Of a stretch of DNA of 64,000 nt, positions 1 to 15,239 are shown one piece after another. The number at the start of each line of letters is the position of its first letter. Position 1 is the first letter of the stretch. The stretch is from Haplodiscus bocki. Its lineage: Eukaryota. Below the pieces are notes generated by a model. That model made no database searches. It was not told the DNA's origin and worked only from the letters and a program-made list of their open reading frames with translations. The translations under genes and the position numbers were made by a program. The DNA lies in contig OZ296649.1 of the NCBI GenBank assembly GCA_965655095.1, positions 95,666,001-95,730,000 on the forward strand, given 5' to 3'.

Positions 1-2399
1 TTCAACCAATATTTATCTCTGCACACGCAGAAGGCAGAATTCACCCGAATATAAAAAATGTTTTCTTTTGAACAAAATTTTGTGGACAAAGTAATCCTCC
101 CCGAGCATCAGATGCCGTTCAAAATTTTTTTGACCGACGTAATACTTAGTATCTCCAACGTTTTGATGCTACTATTGATTCCGATGATACACTAGAATCG
201 TATAGTTTTGTTAATATAAATCGCTCACTAAGTTTCAGCTCTCCAAAACAGACTAAAGGAACTGAAAGTCTACAAAAACTGGACATAGATTACCACATTG
301 TAAAGTGTGTTGATTTCACAATTTTCTATGCTCATCCAATTCCAGTTTTTCAGGCAGAAATTACGTATCAAACCTCCATTTCTTCCTTTGTTTTTCCTAG
401 ACTTTTATTTGACTTTGATCCTAGTGAAACTTCCGCACATGGTAAATTGACCCTCTATAAAACATGTTCAAATGTAACTTATCCATCTTCCTTCTGGTTC
501 TTCCACCCTACTTCACTAAAAATTTACCAACTACACACGTCGATAACCTCCTTTTGTTTTTGAGAGCAACTCACCAAATCCAAATCAACTATCAATGATA
601 GATGAAAAAGACTTTAAAAAACGTCTTGATGTGCGCCTGAATCCAGTTGCTGATTGTAGCGCAACTCCGCCAGATGTTGCCAGTAAAAATGCACTGTAGG
701 CCTATATAGAAGAGCTAACGCAACAATATACACAAGAATAAGATTATTTCTCTCATATAACAAACACACAGAACATTGCGGATAAATTGCTAACTCGAAC
801 AATTTTCATGACAACCAAAGAAAGCTAATATCAAAACTTAAATCTTTGATAATATGCTGTTATCTGCAGCGACTGTCAAAATGTTGTACGTGATTTTTTG
901 GATTTTCCCAAGAAAAAGCTAACAGAACTGTCGAACCTCCTAAACCAAATGCTTTCCCAACAGCTTCCGATCAACGAGAACCGTCAAGAAAATTTCAAGT
1001 CAAAATTCAAGCAACTGCGTTTGATCAAGATAATTATTGAGTTTTGGTATATTTGGTCATTAAAAAAGGTACTAACTCTGCTTTGAAGTGAACAAACTCC
1101 AGTTTCGACAAAGTTGCTTTGGGGGCATAAAGTAACCTTTTTTACGGCACGATGTCTAGTAGTAGGAAAGAGAAGTTGTTTCGTTCTTATGGAAATGGCT
1201 TCGCGGTGGTTACAAAAGTGCCAACATTATCTTTCACCTTTCATGTAGAACCTAAAAGTGGTCAAACACATTTGTTTGCTACACAAAACGCTAGTGATAC
1301 TAACCAAGCTAATCATATTTCATCAGAGCCTGATGGAAATGATACTTGGCTGTCAATAACAAAACCAGTGAAAAAACCCTCCAACTTGTTTTAAACCTTC
1401 ATATGTTCAAAGTAATATTCAACCAATATTTATCTCTGCACACGCAGGAGGCAGAATTCACCCGAATATAAAAAATGTTTTTTTTTGAACAAAATTTTGT
1501 GGACAAAGTAATCCTCCACCGAGCATCAAATGCCGTTCAAAAATATTTTGACCGACGTAATACTTAGTATCTCCAACTTTTTGATGCTACTATTGATTCC
1601 GATGATACACTAGAATCGTAGAGTTTTGTTAATAAAGATCGCTCACTAAGTTTCAGCTCTGCAAAACAGAATGAAGGAACTGAGAGTCTACAAAAACCGG
1701 ACATATATTACCACTTTGTAAAGTGTTTTGATTTCACAATTTTCTACGCTCATCCAATTCCATTTTTTCAGCCAGAAATTACGTATCAAACCTTCATTTC
1801 TTCCTCTGTTTTTCCTAGACATATATTTGATTTTGATCCTGTTGAAACTTCCGCACATGGTAAATTGACCCTCTATAAAACATGTTCAAATGTAACTTAT
1901 CCATCTTCCTGCTGGTTCTTCGACCCTACTTCACTAAAAATTCACCAACTACACACGTCGATAACCTCCTTGGGTTTTCCAGAGCAACTCACCAAATCCA
2001 AATCAACTATCAATGATAAATGAAAAAGACTTTAAAGAACGTCTTAATGTGCGCCTCAATCGAGTTGCTGATTGTAGCGCAACTCCGCAAGATGTTGCCA
2101 GTGAAAATGCACTGTACGCATATATATAAGAGCTGACGCAACAATATACACAAGATTACGATTATTTCTCTCATATAAAAAACACACAAAACATTGCAAA
2201 TAAAACGCTGACTCGAACAATTTTCATGACAAACAAAGAAAGCTAAAATCAAAACATAAAACTTTGATAAGATGCTGTTAGCTGCAGCGACTGTCAAATT
2301 CTTGTACGCAGTTTTTCTGATCTTCCCAAGAAAAAGTTAACAGAGCTGTCGAACCTCCTAAACCAAAATCCTTTCCAACAGCTTCCGATCAACAAGAAC

Positions 2400-5300
2400 C
2401 GTCAAGAAAAGTTCAAGTCAAAGTTCAAGCAACTGCGTTTGATCAAGATAAACATTGAGTTTTGGTATATTTGGTCAATAAAAGGTGTACTAACTCTGCT
2501 TTGAAGTGAACAAACTCCAGTTTTGACAAAGTTGCAATGAACCTAAAGTAACCTTCCTTTTTTACGGCACGATGTCTAGTAGTAGGAAACAGAAGTTATT
2601 TCGTTCTTATCGAAAAGGCTTCGCGGTGGTTGCAAAAGTGCCAACATTATCTTTCACCTTTTTTTTTACTCACAGAGTAAAATAAGAGACAACACCCATT
2701 GTTTTCAAAATCAATCTTTCATGTAGAACCTAAAAGTGGTCGAACACATTTGTTTGCTACAAAAACCGCTCGTGATAATAACCAAGCTAATCATATTGCA
2801 TCAAAGCCTGATGGAAATGATATATGGCTTTCAATACCAACACCAGTGGAAAAGACCCTCCAACTCGTTTTAAACATTCATGAGTTCGAAGTAAATTTCA
2901 ACTAATAATTATCTCTGCACACGCAGAAGGCAGAATTCACCCGAATCAAAAAATAGGTTTTTTGAACAAATTTTTGTGGACAAAGTGTTCCTCCCCCGAA
3001 CATCAAATGCCCTTCAAATTTTTTTTCACCGACATAATACTTAGTATCTCCAATCTTTCGATGCTACTATTGATTTCGATGATACACTAGAATCGTATAG
3101 TTTTGTTAATAAAAATCGCTCACTGAGTTTCAGCTCTCCAAAACAGACTGAAGGAACTGAAAGTCTACAAAAACCGCACATAGATTACCACTCTGTAAAG
3201 TTTGTTGATTTCACAATTTTCTATGCTCATCCAATTCCAGTTTTTCAGCCAGAAATTACGTATCAAACATTCATTTCTTCCTTTGTTTTTCCTAGACCTA
3301 TATTTGACGTTGATCCTGTTGAAACTTCCGCAAATGTTAAATTGACCCTCTATAAAACATGTTCAAATGTAACTTATCCATCTTCCTTCTGGTTCTTCCA
3401 CCCTACTTCACTAAAAATTTACCAGCTACACACGTCGTTAACCTCCTTGGGTTTTCCAGAGCAACTCACCAAAACCAAATCAACTATCAATGATAGATGA
3501 AAAAGACTTTAAAGAACGTCTTGATGTGCGCCTCAATCGAGTTGCTGATTGTAGCGCAACTCCGCCAGATGTTGCCAGTAAAAATGCACTGTAGGCCTAT
3601 ATATAAGAGCTGACGCAACAATATACACAAGATTACGGTTATTTCTCTCATATAACAAACACACAGAACATTGCGGATAAAACGCTAACTCGAACAATTT
3701 TCATGACAACCAAGGAAAGCTAATATCAAAACTTAATTCTTTGATAATATGCTGTTAGCTGCAGCGACTGTCAAAATCTTGTACGTGATTTTTTGGATTT
3801 TCCCTGGAAAAAGTTAACAGAACTGTCGAACCTCCTAAACCAAATGCCTTCCCAACAGCTTCCGATCAACGAGAACCGTCAGGAAAAGTTCAAGTCAAAA
3901 TTCAAGCAACTGCGTTTGATCAAGATAATTATTGTCTTTTGGTATATTTGGTCCTTAAAAAACGTACTAACTCTGCTTTGAAGTGAACAAACTCCAGTTT
4001 TGACAAAGTTGCATTGGGGGCCTAGAGTAACTTTTTTTACGGCACGATGTCTAGTAGTAGGAAAGAGAAGTTTTTTCGATCTTATCGGAATGGCTTCGCG
4101 GTGGTTACAAAAGTGCCAACATTATCTTTCACCTTTCATGTAGAAACTAAAAGTGGTCGAACACATTTGTTTGCTACACAAAACGCTAGTTATAATAGCC
4201 AAGCTAATCCTATTGCATCAGAGCCTGATGGAAATGATAATTGGCTTTCAATACCAACACCAGTGGAAAAGACCCTCCAACTCGTTTTAAACCTTCATGA
4301 GTTCGAAGTAAATTTCAACTAAAAATTATCTCTGCACACGCAGAAGGCAGAATTCACCCGAATCAAAAAATAGGTTTTTTTAACAAATTTTTGTGGACAA
4401 AGTATTCCTCCCCCGAACATCAAATGCCCTTCAAAAAGTTTTTGACCGACATAAAACTTAGTATCTCCAATTTTTCGATGCTACTATTGATTTCGATGAT
4501 ACACTAGAATCGTATAGTTTTGTTAATAAAAATCGCTCACTAAGTTTCAGCTCTCCAAAACAGACTGAAGGAACTGAAAGTCTACAAAAACCGGACATAG
4601 ATTACCACTTTGTAAAGTGTGTTGATTTCACAGTTTTCTATGCTCATCCAATTCCAGTCTTTCAGCCAGAAATTACGTATCAAACCTTCATTTCTTCCTC
4701 TGTTTTTCCTAGACTTATATTTGATTTTGATCCTGTTGAAACTTCCGCACATGGTAAATTGACCCTCTATAAAACATGTTCAAATGTAACTTATCCATCT
4801 TCCTGCTGGTTCTTCGACCCTACTTCACTAAAAATTCACCAACTACACACGTCGATAACCTCCTTGGGTTTTCCAGAGCAACTCACCAAATCCAAATCAA
4901 CTATCAATGATAGATGAAAAAGACTTTAAAAAACGTCTTGATGTGCGCCTCAATCGAGTTGCTGATTGTAGCGCAACTCCGCAAGATGTTGCCAGTAAAA
5001 GTGCACTGTAGGCCTATATATATAAGAGCTGACGCAACAATATACACAAGATTACGATTATTTCTTTCATATAACAAACACAAAGAACATTGCGGATAAA
5101 ATGCTAACTCGAACAATTTTCATGACAACCAAAGAAAGCTAATATCAAAATTTAAATCTTTGATAATCTGCTGTTAGCTGCAGCGACTGTCAAAATCTTG
5201 TACGTGACTTTTTGGATCTTCCCAAGAAAAAGTTAACAGAGCTGTAGAAAATCCTAAACCAAATTCCTTTCCAACAGCTTCCGATCAACGAGAACCGTCA

Positions 5301-6966
5301 AGAAAAGTTCAAGTCAAAGTTCAAGCAACTGCGTTTGATCAAGATAAACATTGAGTTTTGGTATATTTGGTCAATAAAAGGTGTACTAACTCTGCTTTGA
5401 AGTGAACAAACTCCAGTTTTGACAAAGTTGCAATGAACCTAAAGTAACCTTCCTTTTTTACGGCACGATGTCTAGTAGTAGGAAACAGAAGTTATTTCGT
5501 TCTTATCGAAAAGGCTTCGCGGTGGTTGCAAAAGTGCCAACATTATCTTTCACCTTTTTTTTTACTCACAGAGTAAAATAAGAGACAACACCCATTGTTT
5601 TCAAAATCAATCTTTCATGTAGAACCTAAAAGTGGTCGAACACATTTGTTTGCTACAAAAACCGCTCGTGATAATAACCAAGCTAATCATATTGCATCAA
5701 AGCCTGATGGAAATGATATATGGCTTTCAATACCAACACCAGTGGAAAAGACCCTCCAACTCGTTTTAAACATTCATGAGTTCGAAGTAAATTTCAACTA
5801 ATAATTATCTCTGCACACGCAGAAGGCAGAATTCACCCGAATCAAAAAATAGGTTTTTTGAACAAATTTTTGTGGACAAAGTGTTCCTCCCCCGAACATC
5901 AAATGCCCTTCAAAATTTTTTTGACCGACGTAATACTTAGTATCTCCAATCTTTCGATGCTACTATTGATTCCGATGATACACTAGAATCGTATAGTTTT
6001 GTTAATAAAAATCGCTCACTGAGTTTCAGCTCTCCAAAACAGACTGAAGGAACTGAAAGTCTACAAAAACCGCACATAGATTACCACTCTGTAAAGTTTG
6101 TTGATTTCACAATTTTCTATGCTCATCCAATTCCAGTTTTTCAGCCAGAAATTACGTATCAAACATTCATTTCTTCCTTTGTTTTTCCTAGACCTATATT
6201 TGACGTTGATCCTGTTGAAACTTCCGCACATGTTAAATTGACCCTCTATAAAACATGTTCAAATGTAACTTATCCATCTTCCTTCTGGTTCTTCCACCCT
6301 ACTTCACTAAAAATTTACCAGGTACACACGTCGTTAACCTCCTTGGGTTTTCCAGAGCAACTCACCAAAACCAAATCAACTATCAATGATAGATGAAAAA
6401 GACTTTAAAGAACGTCTTGATGTGCGCCTCAATCGAGTTGCTGATTGTAGCGCAACTCCGCCAGATGTTGCCAGTAAAAATGCACTGTAGGCCTATATAT
6501 AAGAGCTGACGCAACAATATACACAAGATTACGGTTATTTCTTTCATATAACAAACACACAGAACATTGCGGATAAAACGCTAACTCGAACAATTTTCAT
6601 TACAACGAAAGAAAGCTGATATCAAAACTTAAATCTTTGATAATAGGCTGTTAGCTGCAGCGACTGTCAAAATCTTGTACGTGATTTTTTGGATTTTCCC
6701 TGGAAAAAGTTAACAGAACTGTCGAACCTCCTAAACCAAATGCCTTCCCAACAGCTTCCGATCAACGAGAACCGTCAGGAAAAGTTCAAGTCAAAATTCA
6801 AGCAACTGCGTTTGATCAAGATAATTATTGTCTTTTGGTATATTTGGTCCTTAAAAAACGTACTAACTCTGCTTTGAAGTGAACAAACTCCAGTTTTGAC
6901 AAAGTTGCATTGGGGGCCTAGAGTAACTTTTTTTACGGCACGATGTCTAGTAGTAGGAAAGAGAAG
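2400..6966 (+). repeat. Recent near-identical duplication with a 2896-bp offset (dimeric higher-order step), ~2400-4070 vs ~5296-6966
   Basis: ORF translations are identical at 2699/5595 and 3793/6689 (offset 2896). Both copies share private variants (aaaggtgtac, ccttcctttt, ccgcacatag, gacgttgat). Confidence 0.85.
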
Positions 6967-9900
6967 TTATTTCGTTCTTATCGAAAAGGCTTCGCGGTGG
7001 TTGCAAAAGTGCCAACATTATCTTTCACCTTTTTTTTTACTCACAGAGTAAAATAAGAGACAACACCCATTGTTTTCAAAATCAATCTTTCATGTAGAAC
7101 CTAAAAGTGGTCGAACACATTTGTTTGCTACAAAAACCGCTCGTGATAATAACCAAGCTAATCATATTGCATCAAAGCCTGATGGAAATGATATATGGCT
7201 TTCAATACCAACACCAGTGGAAAAGACCCTCCAACTTGTTTTAAACCTTCATAAGATCGAAGTAATATTCAACCAATATTTATCTCTGCACACGCAGAAG
7301 GCAGAATTCAACCGAATATAACAAAGGTTTTTTTGAACAAAATTTTGTGGACAAAGTATGCCTCCCCCGAGCATCAAATGCCGTTCAAAAATTTTTTGAC
7401 CGACGTAATACTTAGTATCTCCAATCTTTTGATGCTACTATTGATTCCGATGATACACTAGAATCGTATAGTTTTGTTAATAAAGATCGCTCACTAAGTT
7501 TCAGCTCTGCAAAACAGAATGAAGGAACTGAAAGTCTACAAAAACCGGACAGAGATTACCACTTTGTAAAGTGTGTTCAAATACCAATTTTCTACGCTCA
7601 TCCAATTCCAGTTTTTCAGCCAGAATTTACGTATCAAACCTTCGTTTATTCCTTTGATTTTCCTAGACTTGTATTTGACATTGATCCTGTTGAAACTTCC
7701 GCACATGGTAAATTGACCCTCTAAAAAACATGTTCAAAAGTAACTTATCCATCTCCCTTCTGGTTCTTCCACCCTACTTCACTGAAAATTCACCAACTAC
7801 ACACGTCGATAACCTCCTTGAGTTTTCCAGAGCAACTCACCAAATCCAAATTAACTATCAATGATAGATGGAAAAGACTTTGAAAATGTCTTGATGTGCG
7901 CCTCAATCGAGTTGCTGATTGTAGCGCAACTGCGCCAGATGTTGCCAGTAAAAATGCACTGTAGGCCTATATATAAGAGCTGACGCAACAATATACACAA
8001 GATTACGATTATTTCTCTCATATAACAAACACACAGAACATTGCGGATAAAACGCTAACTCGAACAATTTTCATGACAACCAAGGAAAGCTAATATCAAA
8101 ACTTAATTCTTTGATAATATGCTGTTAGCTGCAGCGACTGTCAAAATCTTGTACGTGATTTTTTGGATTTTCCCTGGAAAAAGTTAACAGAACTGTCGAA
8201 CCTCCTAAACCAAATGCCTTCCCAACAGCTTCCGATCAACGAGAACCGTCAGGAAAAGTTCAAGTCAAAATTCAAGCAAAAGCGTTTGATCAAGATAATT
8301 CTTGAGTTTTGGTATATTTGGTCCTTAAAAAACGTACTAACTCTGCTTTGAAGTGAACAAACTCCAGTTTTGACAAAGTAGCAGTGGGGGCCTAAAGTGA
8401 CCTTTTTTACGGCACGATGTCTAGTAGTAGGAAAGAGAATTTGTTTCGATCTCATCGGAATGGCTTCGCGGTGGTTACAAAAGTGCTAACATTATCTTTC
8501 ACCTTTCATGTAGAAACTACAAGTGGTCGAACACATTTGTTTGCTAAACAAAATGCTAGTGATAATACCCAAGCTAATCATATTGCATCAGAGCCTGATG
8601 GAAATGATAATTGGCTTTCAATACCAACACCAGTGGAAAAGACCCTCCAACTTGTTTTAAACCTTCATAAGTTCGAAGTAATATTCAACCAATATTCATC
8701 TCTGCACACGCAGCAGGCAGAATTCACTCGAATATAACAAAGGTTTTTTTGAACAAAATTTTGTGGACAAAGTATTCCTCCCCCGAGCATCACATGCCGT
8801 TCAAAAATTTTTTGACCGACGTGATACTTAGTATCTCCAATCTTTTGATGCTACTATTGATTCCGATGATACACTAGAATCGTATAGTTTTGTCAATAAA
8901 GATCGCTCACTAAGTTTCAGCTCTGCAAAACAGAATGAAGGAACTGAAAGTCTACAAAAACCGGACAGAGATTACCACTTTGTAAAGTGTGTTCAATTAA
9001 CATTTTTCTATGCTCATCCAATTCCAGTTTTTCAGCCAGAATTACGTATCAAATCTTCGTTTATTCCTTTGATTTTCCTAGACTTGTATTTGACATTGAT
9101 CCTGTTGAAACTTCCTCACATGGTAAATTGACCCTCTAAAAAACATGTTCAAAAGTAACTTATCCATCTCCCTTCTGGTTCTTCCACCCTACTTCACTGA
9201 AAATTCACCAACTACACACGTCGATAACCTCCTTGAGTTTTCCAGAGCAACTCACCAAATCCAAATCAACTATCAATGATGGATGAAAAAGACTTTGAAA
9301 AACGTCTTGATGTGCGCCTCAATCGAGTTGCCGATTGTAGCGCAACTCCGCCAGATGTTGCCAGTAAAAATGCACTGTAGGCCTATATATAAGAGCTGAC
9401 GCAACAATATACACAAGATTACGATTATTTCTCTCATATAACAATCACACAAAACATTGCGGATAAAACGCTAACTCCAACAATTTTCATGACAACCAAA
9501 GAAAGCTAATATCGAAACTTAAATCTTTGATAATCTGCTGTTAGCTGCAGCGACTGTCAAAATCTTTTACGTGATTTTTTGGATCTTCCCAAGAAAAAGT
9601 TAACAGAGCTGTTGAATCTCCTAAACCAAATTCCTTTCCAACAGCTTCCGATCAACGAGAACCGTCAAGAAAAAATCAAGTCAAAGTTCAAGCAACTGCG
9701 TTTGATCAAGATAAACATTGAGTTTTGGTATATTTGCTCATTAAAAAATGTACTAAATTTGCTTTGAAGTGAACAAACTCCAGTTTTGACAAAATTGCAT
9801 TGAACCTAAAGTAACCTTTTTCACGGCACGATGTCTAGTAGTAGGAAACAGAAGTTATTTCGTTCTTATCGAAATGCCTTCGCGGTGGTTACAAAAGTGC

Positions 9901-12900
9901 CAAAATTATCTTTCACCTTTCATGTAGAACCTAAAAGTGGTCGAACACATTTGTTTGCTACACAAAACGCTAGTGATACTAACCAAGCTAATCATATTTC
10001 ATCAGAGCCTGATGGAAACGATATTTGGCTGTCAATACCAACACCAGCGGAAAAGACTCTCCAGCTTGTTTTAAACCTTCATAAGTTCGAAGTGATATTC
10101 AACCAATTTTTATCTCTGCACACGCAGAAGGCAGAAATCACCCGAATATGAAAAAATTTTTTTTGAACAAAATTTTGTGGACAAAGTATTCCTCCCCCGA
10201 GCATCAAATGCCGTTCAAAAATTTTTTGACCGACGTAATACTTACTATCTCCAATCTTTTGATGCTACTATTGATTCCGATGATACACTAGAATCGTATA
10301 GTTTTGTTAATAAAGATCGCTCACTAAGTTTCAGCTCTGCAAACTAGAATGAAGGAACTGAAAGTCTACAAAAACCGGACAGAGATTACCACTTTGTAAA
10401 GTGTGTTCAATTAACATTTTTCTATGCTCATCCAATTCCAGATTTTCAACTAGAATTTACGTATCAAACCTTCGTTTATTCCTTTGTTTTTCTTAGACTT
10501 ATATTTGACTTTGATCCTGTTGAAACTTCCGCACATGGTAAATTGACCCTCTAAAAAACATGTTCAAAAATAACTTATCCATCTCCCTTCTGGTTCTTCC
10601 AGCCTACTTCACTGAAATTTCACCAATTATACACGTCGATAACCTCCTTGAGTTTTCCAGAGCAACTCACCAAATCCAAATCAACTATCAATGATAGATG
10701 AAAAAGACTTTAAAAAACATCTTGATGTGCGCCTCAATCGAGTTGCTGATTGTAGCGCAGCTCCGCCAGATGTTGCCAGTAAAAATACACTGTAGGCCTA
10801 TATATAAGAGCTGACGCAACAATATACACAAGATTACGATTATTTCTCTCGTAAAAGAAACACACAAAACATTGCGGATAAAACGCTAACTCGAACAATT
10901 TTCATGACAACCAAAGAAAGCTAATATCAAAACTTAAATCTTTGATAATATGCTGTTAGCTGCAGCGACTGTCAAAATCTTGTACGTGATTTTTTGGATC
11001 TTCCCAAGAAAAAGTTAACAGAGGTGTTGAAAATCCTAAACCAAATTCCTTTCCAACAGCTTCCGATCAACGAGAACGGTCAAGAAAATTTCAAGTCAAA
11101 TTTCAAGCAACTGCATTTGATCAAGATAAACATTGAGTTTTGGTATATTTGGTCATTAAAAAATGTACTAACTCTGCTTTGAAGTGAACAAACTCCAGTT
11201 TTGACAAAGTTGCATTGGGGGCCTAAAGTAACCTTTTTTACGGCACGATGTCTAGTAGTAGGAAAGAGAAGTTGTTTCGATCTTATCGGAATGGCTTTGC
11301 GGTGGTTACAAAAGTGCCAACATTATCTTTCACCTTTCATGTAGAAACTAAAAGTGGTCGAACACATTTGTTTGCTACACAAAACGCTAGTGATACTAAC
11401 CAAGCTAATCATATTGCATCAGATTCTGATGGAAATGATATTTGGCTGTCAATACCAACACCAGTGGAAAAGAGCCTCCAAATCGTTTTAAACCTTCATA
11501 AGTTCGAAGTAAATTTCAACCAATAATTATCTCTGCACACGCAGAAGGCAGAAATCACCCGAATAAAAAAATAGGTTTTTTGAACAAATTTTTGTGGACA
11601 AATTATTCCTCCCCCGAACAACAAATGCCCTTCAAAATTTTTCTGACCGACATAATACTTAGTATCTCCAATCTTTCGATGATACTATTGATTTCGATGA
11701 TACAATAGAATCGTATAGTTTTGTTATTAAAAATCGCTGACTAAGTTTCAGCTCTCCAAAACAGACTGAAGGAACTGAAAGTCTACAAAAACCGAACTTA
11801 GATTACCACTTTGTAAAGTGTGTTGATTTCACAATTTTCTATGCTCACCCAATTCCCGTTTTTCAGCCAGAAATTACGTATCAAACCTTCAATTCTTCCT
11901 TTGTTTTTCCTAGACTTACATTTGACTTTGATCCTGTTGAAACTTCCGCACATGGTAAATTGACCCTCTATAAAACATGTTCAAATGAAACCTATCCATA
12001 TTCCTTCTGGTTCTTCCACCCTACTTCACTAAAAATTCACCAACTACACACGTCGATAACCTCCTTGGGTTTTCCAGAGCAACTCACCAAATCCAAATCC
12101 ACTATCAATTATAGATGAAAAAGACTTAAAAACGTCTTGTTGTGCGCGTCAATCGAGTTGCTGATTGTAGCGCAACTCCGCCAGATGTTGCCAGTAAAAA
12201 TGCACTGTAGGCCTACATATAAGAGCTGACGCAACAATATACACAAGATTACGATTATTTTTTTCATGTAACAAACACACAAAACATGGCGGATAAAACG
12301 CTAACTCGAACAATTTTCATGACAACCAAAGAAAGCTAATATCAAAATTTAAATCTTGGATAATCTGCTGTTAGCTGCAGCGACTGTCAAAATCTTGTAC
12401 GTGATATTTTGGATCTTCCCAAGAAAACGTTAACAGAGCTGTAGAAAATCCTAAACCAAATTCCTTTCCAACAGCTTCCGATCAACGAGAACCGTCAAGA
12501 AATGTTCAAGTCAAAGTTCAAGCAACTGCATTTGATCAAGATAAACATTGAGTTTTGGTATATTTGGTCAATAAAAAATGTACTAACTCTGCTTTGAAGT
12601 GAACAATCTCCAGTTTTGACAAAGTTGCATTGGGGGCCTAAAGTAACCTTTTTTAAGGCACGATGTCTAGTAGTAGGAAAGAGAAGTTGTTTCGATCTTA
12701 TCGGAATGGCTTTGCGGTGGTTACAAAAGTGCCAAAATTATCTTTCACCTTTCATGTAGAACCTAAAAGTGGTCGAACACATTTGTTTGCTACACAAAAC
12801 GCTAGTGATACTAACCAAGCTAATCATATTGCATCAGATTCTGATGGAAATGATATTTGGCTGTCAATACCAACGCCAGTGGAAAAGACCCTCCAACTCG

Positions 12901-15239
12901 TTTTAAACCTTCATAAGTTCGAAGTAAATTTCAACCAATAATTATCTCTGCACACGCAGAAGGCAGAATTCACCCGAACAAAAAAATAGGTTTTTTGAAC
13001 AAACTTTTGTGGACAAAGTATTCGTCCCCCGAACAACAAATACCCTTCACAAATTTTCTGACTGACATAATACTTAGTATCTCCAACCTTTCGATGCTAC
13101 TTTTGATTTCGATGATACACTAGAATCGTATAGTTTTGTTAATAAAAATCGCTGACTAAGTTTCAGCTCTCCAAAACAGACTGAAGGAAATGAAAGTCTA
13201 CAAAAACCGAACTTAGATTACCACTTTGTAAAGTGTGTTGATTTCACAATTTTCTATGCTCACCCAATTCCAGTTTTTCAGCCAGAAATTACGTATCAAA
13301 CCTTCAATTCTTCCTTTGTTTTTCCTAGACTTACATTTGACTTTGATCCTGTTGAAACTTCCGCACATGGTAAATTGACCCTCTATAAAACATGTTCAAA
13401 TGAAACCTATCCATCTTCCTTCTGGTTCTTCCACCCTATTTCACTAAAAATTCACCAACTACACACGTTGATAACCTCCTTGGGTTTTCCAGAGCAACTC
13501 ACCAAATCCAAATCCACTATCAATTATAGATGAAAAAGACTTTAAAAAACGTCTTGTTGTGCGCCTCAATCGAGTTGCTGATTGTAGCGCAACTCCGCCA
13601 GATGTTGCCAGTAAAAATGCACTGTAGGCCTACATATAAGAGCTGACGCAACAATATACACAAGATTACGATTATTTTTTTCATGTAACAAACACACAAA
13701 ACATGGCGGATAAAACGCTAACTCGAGCAATTTTCATGACAACCAAAGAAAGCTAATATCAAAATTTAAATCTTTGATAATCTGCTGTTAGCTGCAGCGA
13801 CTGTCAAAATCTTGTACGTGACTTTTTGGATCTTCCCAAGAAAAAGTTAACAGAGCTGTAGAAAATCCTAAACCAAATTCCTTTCCAACAGCTTCCGATC
13901 AACGAGAACCGTCAAGAAAAGTTCAAGTCAAAGTTCAAGCAACTGCATTTGATCAAGATAAACATTGAGTTTTGGTATATTTGGTCAATAAAAAATGTAC
14001 TAACTCTGCTTTGAAGTGAACAAACTCCAGTTTTGACAAAGTTGCATTGGGGGCCTAAAATAACCTTTTTTACGGCACGATGTCTAGTAGTAGGAAAGAG
14101 AAGTTGTTTCGTTCTTATCGAAACGGCTTCGCGGTGGTTACAAAAGTGCCAACATTATCTTTCACCTTTCATGTAGAAACTAAAAGTGGTCGAACACATT
14201 TGTTTGCTACACAAAACGCTAGTGATACTAACCAAGCTAATCATATTGCATCAGATTCTGATGGAAATGATATTTGGCTGTCAATACCAACACCAGTGGA
14301 AAAGACCCTCCAACTCGTTTTAAACCTTCATAAGTTCGAAGTAAATTTTACCTAATAATTATCTCTGCACACGCAGAAGGCAGAATTCACCCGAATAAAA
14401 AAATAGGTTATTTGAACAAATTCTTGTGGACAAAGTATTCCTCCCCCGAGCATCAAATGCCGTTCAAAAACTTTTTGACCGACGTAAAACTTAGTATCTC
14501 CAATCTTTTGATGCTACTATTGATTCCGATGATACACTAAAATCGTATAGTTTTGTTAATAAAGATCCTTCACTGAGTTTCAGCTCTGCAAAACAGAATG
14601 AAGGAACTGAAATTCTACAAAAACCGGACAGAGATTACCACTTTGTAAAGTGTGTTCAATTAACATTTTTCTATGCTCATCCAATTCCGGTTTTTCAGCC
14701 AGAATTTACGTATCAAACCTTCGTTTATTCCTTTGTTTTTCGTAGACTTATGTTTGACTTTGATCCTGTTGAAACTTCCGCACATGGTAAATTGACCCTT
14801 TAAAAAACATGTTCAGAAGTAAATTATCCATTTCCCTTCTGGGTCTTCCACTCTACTTCACTGAAAATTCACCAACTACACACGTCGATAACCTCCTTGG
14901 GTTTTCCAGAGCAACTCACCAAATCCAAATCAACTATCAATGATAGATGAAAAAGACTTTAAAAACGTCTTGATGTGCGCCTCAATCGAGTTGCTGATTG
15001 TAGCGCAACTCCGCAAGATGTTGCCAGTAAAAGTGCACTGTAGGCCTATATATATAAGAGCTGACGCAACAATATACACAAGAATACGATTATTTCTCTC
15101 ATATAATAAACACACAAAACATTGCGGATAAAACGCTAACTCGAACATTTTTCATGACAACCAAAGAAATCTAATATCAAAATTTAAATCTTTGATAATA
15201 CGCTGTTAGCTGCAGCGAGTGTCAAAATCTTGTACGTAG

